From Promethearchaeota archaeon (lineage in GTDB: Archaea; Asgardarchaeota; Lokiarchaeia; Sigyniarchaeales; Promethearchaeaceae): a stretch of 32,000 bases of DNA. The number at the start of each line of letters is the position of its first letter. Position 1 is the first letter of the stretch. This document shows, one piece after another, positions 8,911-16,460 of this stretch. The notes beneath the pieces were generated by a model. It worked only from the letters and a program-made list of their open reading frames with translations. It was not told the origin of the DNA and did no database searches. Both the position numbers and the translations under genes were made by a program. The stretch covers positions 300,001-332,000 of the forward strand of contig JAFGBS010000028.1 of the NCBI GenBank assembly GCA_016933055.1. The letters are read 5' to 3'.

Positions 8911-9627
8911 ATGAAAAAATCTTCACTAATATCTTTAATATTGCTAATTGGTATTTTTAGCAGTTTATGTTTAAGCCCAGTCGTTGCATTGAACCCGGAA
9001 GGGTATTGGGGTATGTCTGCAGGGGATGAATTATATTACAAAGTGACTTCAAATAATACTGGTTCACAAGTAGTTACTTATGCGAAAGTAAATGTTACGA
9101 GTATATATAATGGTTCTATTGTAGTTGGCATTCCATTTTATTATAATTTCATCAATGCAACAACTTATGTATATTCAGGAACAGCATGGGTGGAATCGTA
9201 TCCGGATACTCAATGGGCGGGATGGAATTCCACAACTTTCCAATGGTATGGAGCTTATCAAGCTAGTTTAGGATTTCCCAACCCCGCTCCATTAACATTT
9301 AGTTGGTCGATTGTTAATATTTCAATATATTATTGGTTGAATATAGCTTGGGCGGGATCAATCCAGAGTGGTTTGGAAGGAAATACTGTGTATTATACAA
9401 ACTCATCGGAAGAATTCTATATTACCTATGATCCGGTAACTGGCGTATGTGCAAATAATACACACCTTATCGAAGGAAACTTATGGACAAAACAAGAGTA
9501 CTTAGGTGAAATCGACCCATTCGCTGAGGAACCGACACCTAGAATACCTGGTTTTAACCCTATTTTGATCGTATCAATTTTAGGTATAGCCGCTCTCCTT
9601 ATCGGATTGAAAATCAAGAAAAAATAA
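8911..9627 (+). CDS. Secreted surface glycoprotein with a PGF-CTERM/Loki-CTERM-type sorting signal
   Basis: N-terminal signal peptide (MKK plus hydrophobic stretch plus VVA/L); eight N-x-S/T sequons; C-terminal IPGF, TM helix and KIKKK. Confidence 0.8.
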   Translation: MKKSSLISLILLIGIFSSLCLSPVVALNPEGYWGMSAGDELYYKVTSNNTGSQVVTYAKVNVTSIYNGSIVVGIPFYYNFINATTYVYSGTAWVESYPDTQWAGWNSTTFQWYGAYQASLGFPNPAPLTFSWSIVNISIYYWLNIAWAGSIQSGLEGNTVYYTNSSEEFYITYDPVTGVCANNTHLIEGNLWTKQEYLGEIDPFAEEPTPRIPGFNPILIVSILGIAALLIGLKIKKK

Positions 9628-9637
9628 TTTTATCTTT

Positions 9638-9661
9638 TTTTACCGAAGCTAATCGGTAAAA
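9638..9661 (+). terminator. Hairpin embedded in T-tracts after the surface-protein gene
   Basis: Perfect 9-bp inverted repeat TTTTACCGA / TCGGTAAAA with a 6-nt loop, followed by TTTTCCCTTTTTT. Confidence 0.5.
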
Positions 9662-9966
9662 TTTTCCCTTTTTTCTCCTTAGTACTGTGAGGTCATCTCC
9701 CATCTTCCCAAGAATCCATCCAAAATACGATTTTTGCATGCTACTATCAGAATTGCTAACTTAACGTCCATCGCACAGTATAGGTACTCCTTTATACATC
9801 TGTAATATGAAAAAAAAAGAAAATTATTATGATTAGGTTCAACAAATGTAGATCAATCTTTTTTTTTATTTTTCAAATGAGTTTTATCATTATCATAGGT
9901 ATGTTATATCAATATTATTCGAATTCTAAAGGACACAATGTTTGGATCACTATGTGTGTGATCAAC

Positions 9967-10302
9967 ATGGAAACCGAAGTCCCCCCATTTAATGAATCCC
10001 AATTCAAGTTTGAAGATCTTTTACAAGGTCTAAAACACAATGAATGCCCGTATTGTCATCAAACGAAATTATCGTATGATGTTCAAGACGATTCGATTTA
10101 TGTAGAATGCGCGTGTGGTAATTTCAAAGTGTCAGCATTCCGAGATAAGTTCAATGGTGCATTATTACTTTATTATTTGAACGAATCGATGATAGGTTGC
10201 GTAGATGAACGAAATCTGTACGAATTACAGACAGTTCTTTATAGGAATCGAACAATTCGGAAGCGTCTATTCACACTAGATCTTCAAAAGCAGATAATGT
10301 GA
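9967..10302 (+). CDS. Small hypothetical protein with a probable zinc ribbon
   Basis: CPYC...CAC. ATG 9967 preferred because the extension to 9829 reads as AT-rich intergenic sequence. Confidence 0.65.
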   Translation: METEVPPFNESQFKFEDLLQGLKHNECPYCHQTKLSYDVQDDSIYVECACGNFKVSAFRDKFNGALLLYYLNESMIGCVDERNLYELQTVLYRNRTIRKRLFTLDLQKQIM

Positions 10303-10379
10303 ATACTTGATTGCTGAGAAAATTTTTAATCCTTTTTATTCTGAATACATTATGTTATTGATGTAAGAGTTTTAAATGA

Positions 10380-11291
10380 GTGACTGAGTTACTTCTTAAT
10401 ATGCAGAATCAAAATTCCTTTACTCAATTTGGAAAATCAGTACGCGCTCGAGGTATTTTTGGAATTTTTACAGCAACATATGCAATTTTTTTCATGTTTC
10501 TATCGAACTTACTGCCCAGGTTTGGTATTTATCTTATTCCCATTACCTCTTCTTTTTTTATGATAATGGGGTGGTTGGGGCTCATTCTTTTAGTGGTGGA
10601 TCTAATCTTAATATTATTAGTAATTATAGCAGCGAATAGTACCAGGTATTATGTACAACATATTCATTTTTCACAGTTTTATTCTCGATTTTTAATCAGT
10701 TTTTATTTGGCAATATTCAATTTAGTATATATAATTGGGTATAATATAGCACTACCTTTGTTTTTCTCTATCGAGGATACTATAATCGCCATGGAAATTG
10801 CATCTGTAATAGGTAGTATCATCACGATCATTGAAAATATAATAATATTTACTGCGTGGGCATATTTTTTGAGATTCACAAAACTTCAAAAATTCCCTGA
10901 TAATACAATTAACAGTAGTAATCTGATTAAAACTGGATATATGTTAATGGTAATTAGTAGTATTTTTGGGTTTTTTTCCCAAGTATTTTCCCTTCTGGTT
11001 ATTTCGGGATTTTCATTTGGTTATTACATTGGAAACATTATTGGATATTCTTTGCTAATTGCGAGCGTCCTATTCACTATTATTATTCCTATCTTTCTTA
11101 TTACTGGTAAGATACAACTTGGTTCTTCGATTCAACTAGTTTCATATAATCGTTCTGAGCCTACCTTGGGGAAATCCTCTAATTTTCAAGCAAATAATAA
11201 AAAGACTCAAAATAACAAAATTTGTCCCAATTGTGGAATAAAAATCTTGCACAGTGCAAATTTTTGCCCAAATTGCGGGAATTCTATTTAA
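10380..11291 (+). CDS. Multi-pass membrane protein with a C-terminal zinc ribbon
   Basis: About 6 hydrophobic segments followed by CPNC-x10-CPNC. ATG 10401 is an alternative start. Confidence 0.75.
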   Translation: MTELLLNMQNQNSFTQFGKSVRARGIFGIFTATYAIFFMFLSNLLPRFGIYLIPITSSFFMIMGWLGLILLVVDLILILLVIIAANSTRYYVQHIHFSQFYSRFLISFYLAIFNLVYIIGYNIALPLFFSIEDTIIAMEIASVIGSIITIIENIIIFTAWAYFLRFTKLQKFPDNTINSSNLIKTGYMLMVISSIFGFFSQVFSLLVISGFSFGYYIGNIIGYSLLIASVLFTIIIPIFLITGKIQLGSSIQLVSYNRSEPTLGKSSNFQANNKKTQNNKICPNCGIKILHSANFCPNCGNSI

Positions 11292-11333
11292 TATCGTTCT
11301 TATTACCCAATTTTGTGTTTATTACCCAATAAA

Positions 11334-11772
11334 GTGCGAACTAAGCTAAAGTCCTACCGATAAGAATGTAGGAGGGATAGCTTACTTTAGTCTTGGTATT
11401 CCTAATACCCCTAAATAATCCTAAGGGTTAATTTAAAAGATTATATCCATGCATGGGTGGATGTCCCCACACTATTACTTTTTTGTGATGTAAATACCTA
11501 GAATCTGTTCTTAATTGGGAACATCCGCCCGGTCCAAGCCCAATAACTATAAAGAATGCGGAATTGATGTTGAATAATATAATCCTATCCCTCAACAGCC
11601 AATTACCAGCCAATAGTCGAACATATAGTGTTTATCAAGGTCTTCTGACAATTTAGTAGGAATAGTTAATCTTATAGCCTCATGCTATTGGATTACATTT
11701 GGTTTTTGCTTAGGAGTGTTTTCTCTTAGAATGATTACCTTCCCTCCCACCCGCGCCAAGGACATATGTTGG
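11334..11772. ncRNA. Candidate large structured non-coding RNA or RNA-element remnant, family unknown
   Basis: No credible ORF in about 650 bp. Several helices paired by hand, including 11455-11469/11516-11530 (15 bp), 11562-11573/11592-11604, and 11342-11384 (7+6 bp). Confidence 0.4.
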
Positions 11773-11910
11773 TTATATCTAATCGTGTATTGAGAAGATA
11801 ATATGATCCAAAAATTGATTCTGGTATATATCTTCTATTCTAAAGTACGATAGGTTTAAGTTAAAGGGTTAGCATTTACGATCTGTCGAGTAAAATAGAT
11901 TTGGTTACCT

Positions 11911-11925
11911 AAAACAACTTTATAA
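11911..11925 (+). promoter_or_regulatory. Archaeal BRE/TATA-like promoter
   Basis: A-rich AAAACAAC followed by TTTATAA (11919-11925), 25 nt before ATG 11950. Confidence 0.5.
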
Positions 11926-11949
11926 CCTATAATTTAGGAATTTGATAAA

Positions 11950-12822
11950 ATGGGAGAGAAAGAAATCTACATAAAACTGGGAACTGCATTTATCTTAATA
12001 GGTATATTTGGACTTATTAGACTGATCACCTATTTCGGTTCGTTTATGGGAGGTCAATTAATTCAGTTTGAGAATATAATAGTGTATAACATTTTTCACA
12101 TTAGTGCTCTTATAACCCCTATTTTGGTTCTGATACCAGGGATTTTTCTTTTAGTACAAGTTAAGAAATTAGCTTTGCAAAACGATATATCAACTTATGA
12201 ACGGTGTTTCTTAGAAGATTATTTCAAACAATACCTTATTGGGGTTATAATTTTATTCCTTGGAGAAATCGGGTTTATATTACCTGGATATATTTGGCTT
12301 ATCGGATTTTTACACTTTATTGGATTTGGAATTTCTCTGTTTTTATTTTTCTTATCAGATATCATCTTTTTATCAACTTGGAACATGGTAAACGCTTTAA
12401 TAGAGCATCACGATTTACCTCGTCAAAATGGAAGAATTTTGAAAGTAGTGAAAATCGGATTAAAAATTGATATTTCAAAATTTCTCTTAATTTTAGGTAT
12501 CCTGCTTTTAATTCTACTATTCAATTTCATTCTGATTGATCCTCTATTTATATTTCGTTTCTACTTAATCCAAATATTGGGAAACATCTTGATTTTCTTA
12601 TGGTTTATTGCTCCCATAATCATCTCAATAGGGGAAATTCTTCTTGGAAAGCGTTTAAGAGAATTATCTGGTGAAATGAGAATACTTCATGAAAAAATTA
12701 CCTCGTTGAACCAAGAAGAATTGGAAAAACTGCCCGAAATACTAAAAAAATCATGCCCAAACTGCAATATGACGATTTCAGCGGATACCACCGTATGTCC
12801 CTTTTGTCGAAAACAAGTTTAG
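11950..12822 (+). CDS. Multi-pass membrane protein with a C-terminal zinc ribbon
   Basis: About 6 hydrophobic segments followed by CPNC-x10-CPFC; same architecture as 10380-11291. Confidence 0.75.
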   Translation: MGEKEIYIKLGTAFILIGIFGLIRLITYFGSFMGGQLIQFENIIVYNIFHISALITPILVLIPGIFLLVQVKKLALQNDISTYERCFLEDYFKQYLIGVIILFLGEIGFILPGYIWLIGFLHFIGFGISLFLFFLSDIIFLSTWNMVNALIEHHDLPRQNGRILKVVKIGLKIDISKFLLILGILLLILLFNFILIDPLFIFRFYLIQILGNILIFLWFIAPIIISIGEILLGKRLRELSGEMRILHEKITSLNQEELEKLPEILKKSCPNCNMTISADTTVCPFCRKQV

Positions 12823-12835
12823 GGTAGTATTGATC

Positions 12836-13294
12836 ATGAAAGGTTGTTATCTGTTACTTATCAAGAATTATCACGAAAGACATCTAAAAATCGGTAAATT
12901 AGGGACAATTTTGTTTAAACGGGGAAATTATGTGTATATCGGGTCTGCAATGGGATTACACAGTACTTCATTAAAGCATCGTCTCCTACGACACATAGGA
13001 TCCACATATAAAAAAATCCAGAAAAAAGCACATTGGCATATCGATTATTTTCTAATTGCTCCTCAAGTTCGATTAATCAAAATCTTAATTCTACCTGATT
13101 TGAACAATAGAATGGAATGTATTTTATCGAATCTCATTAGCACGTATGCTAGTGATTGTATAGTAGGATTTGGAAGTTCAGATTGCAATTGTAAAAGTCA
13201 TTTGTATTATTTCGAATTTGATGACCCAATACCTCTATTCCATTCTTATCAGCGGTTGATTAATTCGAAATCAGAAAAACCTAAAATCCAATAA
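12836..13294 (+). CDS. DUF123 (COG1833) GIY-YIG / Uri-superfamily endonuclease
   Basis: KGCYLL, IGKLG, YVYIGSA, RLLRH, HWHIDY and GFGSSDCNCKSHL. Confidence 0.88.
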   Translation: MKGCYLLLIKNYHERHLKIGKLGTILFKRGNYVYIGSAMGLHSTSLKHRLLRHIGSTYKKIQKKAHWHIDYFLIAPQVRLIKILILPDLNNRMECILSNLISTYASDCIVGFGSSDCNCKSHLYYFEFDDPIPLFHSYQRLINSKSEKPKIQ

Positions 13295-13322
13295 CCAAAT
13301 ATGAGATCTAAGTGCAATTAGT

Positions 13323-15842
13323 ATGAATACAGGAACAATTATTAGTACGATTTTTGGAGTAATCCTTGGATTTATCGCATTTATCATTGGTTTTTGGTAT
13401 CTTCTTCGTTTTATACTCCGTATTATTGCAGCCAAACATGTCGATGGTTCATATATATATGATAAAACTGATTTCCAAGCGGATGGTTTAACCCCGATTG
13501 AGAAAAAATTATCCAAACAAGATAATCATTTTGGATTTAATTTCGATAATACTACACTTTATTATGATGTACAATTTGGAAGTAAACGAGCATTTAAATA
13601 TGGAGTAGTTCGTGTACACCACAAAGGTTCATGGTATTCAACCCATCCTCAAAACACAGAAAAAAAAATAATTTTCCAAGAGCGAAAAGTAGGAAATTCC
13701 GAACCTCTAAGTTTTACAAACCTTCAAAGTAAAAATAAATCAATTTCAATAGAGTGGATCTTGGAGGGTTCCTCGATACGTGTGATAACTCATTTTAGTT
13801 TGTTTATGAATGGGATTTTATCTATTCAAGAGCCTGATTTAAAATATTCATCCGTAGAAGAAAATGAGCTGAATTTTATTGTATTTTCCATTGAATTTCC
13901 AGATGGCTTAGAAAACACAACGACCAACAATTTTAATATTCCATGCATTCAATTTCCCGTATTTTTTAATGATAGCCCGAATCGACGAGTCTTGTGCTTT
14001 AAAAATCGTAAATTTTCTCCGCCTTCCCAACAAATTCTTCCAACTTCCGGACCAGTTACCCTCTTCGATGAAAATCTGAATACAATAGTAATTTCCGCAA
14101 TGGATCAATTTGTAACGCATCTGACTGGGTTAGAGGGATCTGACGCACGTGTATCCCACTTTAAATGCGGTTTAAACGGAGAAATAAAGGAAATTCCTGA
14201 ATCACACCAAAGCCATTATATTCTTTTGTTCGACAATGGTATCAATAATTCCTTATATCGATTAGGAGACATTCTACGCTCATATCATCGAAAATCTCGA
14301 CGCTCTATGCTAATGGACAGTTTCACAAGCCAGTTGGGTTATTGGACTGACAATGGAGCTCAATATTACTACAAACCTTTAAAAAATGCGTCCATGTCAG
14401 AGACTCTGATCACTCTGGATAGGTACGCTGAACAGATGGGAATTCCGATCAGTAATTACAACTTAGATTCTTGGTGGTACCGTAAAGATGTTAAAAAGTG
14501 GAAAAGAACTTTATTAGGACCGATAGGAAGACTCATCGGAGGAGCACTATATGGCGGAACAATTGAATGGGATACAGATCCCGATATGATGAATCATAGT
14601 ATCATAGAATTGAAAAAACAACTCAATAAACCTTTGAATTGCCATGCTCGATGGTTTTCTAACAATACTATCTATAAAGAGATGTATCCTTTTATTGTGG
14701 AAGGAAATAAGTCGCTGTGTATCGAACCCGAATTTTGGGACATGATCATGAAACAATGTAAAGAATATGGAATCGATAACTATGAACAAGACTGGATGAG
14801 TACGCAATTCGATTCACTTTCATTCTTACGAAATACGGTGGGAAATACGAAAAAATGGTTAATAAGTATGGGGGATGCTGCAAAAAAATATGATCGCACA
14901 ATAGAATATTGCATGACGACTTCTGGTATGTTTCTATCTTCAATTTATGTAGAACCTGTTAGTTTTATACGCACATGTGATGATTATAATCCGCAATGGC
15001 CACGGAATTGGGATTATAAATTTTTTGTGCAAACCAATATCTTAGCTCACACCGTTCGAGCTTGCCCATTTAAAGATGTATTTCTATCGAAAACAAGTGG
15101 ATGGTTCTCACGGGAACGACAACCAGAATTAATGGCTTTAGTAAGCGCATTAAGTTGTGGTCCCGTAGGACTTGGGGATCGAATCAATGAATTTGGTGTG
15201 GAAAATATTTTCAAAACATGCCGAAAAGATGGGTATTTGATAAAACCTGATCGTCCCTTGACCGCTACAGATTCCATGTTTGTACCTCATTCCAAATATT
15301 TTCTAGCAACGACATATTCGGATCATGATAAATTACGTTGGTGGTACGTAGTTCAAAGTAAATTAACGGTAAAGCAGCCGAGAGATTTATTTTTTAGGCT
15401 TGAAGATATAGGCATAGAAGAGCAATCAAGTCAATTTATCGCTTACAATTATTTTCAAAATACAATTCGTCAATTTTCTGAAAATTACCCGATAGAAACT
15501 ATGTTAAGAGGTCAAGAGTATAATTATTGGGTTTTAGCTCCAGTATTGACAGATGGTTTTGCGTTAATTGGTGACCTTACTAAATTTGTTGTAATGAGTT
15601 TTCAGATATTCGACTTTGTAGAATGGAAAGAAAATGAATTACACTTAACGCTTAAAAGCATAAAAGGAGAGCCATTTCACCTTTTATTTTATGATGTTAA
15701 TCGGATAAAGAGTGTATCTATTAATGGGAAATCGTTAAAACAGAATAGTCTCAATTGGATTGTTGATGAAGAACGTCAGAAATCGATAATTTTGCACGAA
15801 TTTGATTCAGATAGTTGTAAAATTGTGGTTAAGGTGCAGTAG
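13323..15842 (+). CDS. Membrane-anchored putative glycoside hydrolase, clan GH-D (GH27/36/31-like) barrel, uncharacterised family
   Basis: N-terminal TM anchor; GYWTDNG, YNLDSWWY, YEQDW, EYCM, RTCDDY and ALSCGPVGLGD, which resemble the DxxW, nucleophile Asp, RxxxD and GGPxxxxD motifs of Sip1/GH36-type enzymes. Confidence 0.55.
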   Translation: MNTGTIISTIFGVILGFIAFIIGFWYLLRFILRIIAAKHVDGSYIYDKTDFQADGLTPIEKKLSKQDNHFGFNFDNTTLYYDVQFGSKRAFKYGVVRVHHKGSWYSTHPQNTEKKIIFQERKVGNSEPLSFTNLQSKNKSISIEWILEGSSIRVITHFSLFMNGILSIQEPDLKYSSVEENELNFIVFSIEFPDGLENTTTNNFNIPCIQFPVFFNDSPNRRVLCFKNRKFSPPSQQILPTSGPVTLFDENLNTIVISAMDQFVTHLTGLEGSDARVSHFKCGLNGEIKEIPESHQSHYILLFDNGINNSLYRLGDILRSYHRKSRRSMLMDSFTSQLGYWTDNGAQYYYKPLKNASMSETLITLDRYAEQMGIPISNYNLDSWWYRKDVKKWKRTLLGPIGRLIGGALYGGTIEWDTDPDMMNHSIIELKKQLNKPLNCHARWFSNNTIYKEMYPFIVEGNKSLCIEPEFWDMIMKQCKEYGIDNYEQDWMSTQFDSLSFLRNTVGNTKKWLISMGDAAKKYDRTIEYCMTTSGMFLSSIYVEPVSFIRTCDDYNPQWPRNWDYKFFVQTNILAHTVRACPFKDVFLSKTSGWFSRERQPELMALVSALSCGPVGLGDRINEFGVENIFKTCRKDGYLIKPDRPLTATDSMFVPHSKYFLATTYSDHDKLRWWYVVQSKLTVKQPRDLFFRLEDIGIEEQSSQFIAYNYFQNTIRQFSENYPIETMLRGQEYNYWVLAPVLTDGFALIGDLTKFVVMSFQIFDFVEWKENELHLTLKSIKGEPFHLLFYDVNRIKSVSINGKSLKQNSLNWIVDEERQKSIILHEFDSDSCKIVVKVQ

Positions 15843-15950
15843 GATTCTCCCCACCTATTTTTTGAATTTACATGATAAAAATCTATTGTTAAAGCGGTTA
15901 TTTTTCCCAAAATAGCATAAAATATGAAGATATAGAAAAATATAAAGAAA

Positions 15951-16415
15951 TTATCTTTTTCTTACAATCCATTGAATGAATTTAATGATCAAGAATATGA
16001 TTAAACCGAAATTAATTAAACAACCAATGAATACAACTGGGTAGAATCCTATCCAAGTTAACCAGTTTCCCCCAGTTAAGCCCACAATTGAAAGTGCTTT
16101 AGCATAAACATCTGGTAAGAAGAAGATATAATAACAACCCACAAATAATCCACAGAAAGCAAATATCAATGAAAGAAAACTAAATACTGCAAAGGCAAAT
16201 CCTGCTTCTACTTGTGAACCATATATAATATAGGGCTCTAAAAAGATATATCCCAGAAAGAAAGCCAATGCAACATATCCAATTCCTCCTTTCGCGCTAG
16301 CTTTTCCTGCTTTTTTTCGGTTTTCCTTTTTCTTGAAATATTTTTTATCCCAAAAATGCTCTATCTTTTCCTCAAAATCATTATTGTCAGACATAAACAT
16401 ATATTCTATTGCCAT
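15951..16415 (-). CDS. Small membrane protein, hypothetical
   Basis: 154 aa; charged N-terminus followed by 3-4 hydrophobic segments; no overlap with neighbours. Confidence 0.7.
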   Translation of the reverse strand: MAIEYMFMSDNNDFEEKIEHFWDKKYFKKKENRKKAGKASAKGGIGYVALAFFLGYIFLEPYIIYGSQVEAGFAFAVFSFLSLIFAFCGLFVGCYYIFFLPDVYAKALSIVGLTGGNWLTWIGFYPVVFIGCLINFGLIIFLIIKFIQWIVRKR

Positions 16416-16460
16416 AAATAATAAATTTACGCCCAGAATTGATATTTAGCGAAAAAATTT

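Noticed and set aside
11428-11613. 61-aa minus ORF containing IVIGLGPGG (looks like a methyltransferase or Rossmann start); nearby frames give VLGAGGRE and LVIGC*GIG
   Set aside because: TTG start, short, and the Gly-rich words lie in different frames separated by stops. They are better explained by the G/C runs of the RNA helices.
11334-11772. RNase P or SRP RNA identity (AAAGTCC at 11348-11354)
   Set aside because: No GAGGAA before AAGTCC, no complementary P4 3' strand, and no SRP helix-8 motif on either strand.
11730-11885. Possible group II intron domains V/VI or a group I S element downstream of the structured island
   Set aside because: No AGC/CGC-triad hairpin with a GNRA loop and matching 3' strand. 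The AAGATAT-like words are imperfect and wrongly placed.
12836-13294. GIY-YIG nuclease as a homing partner of the structured island
   Set aside because: It is an ordinary DUF123-type gene separated from the island by an unrelated membrane gene; nothing in the sequence links them.
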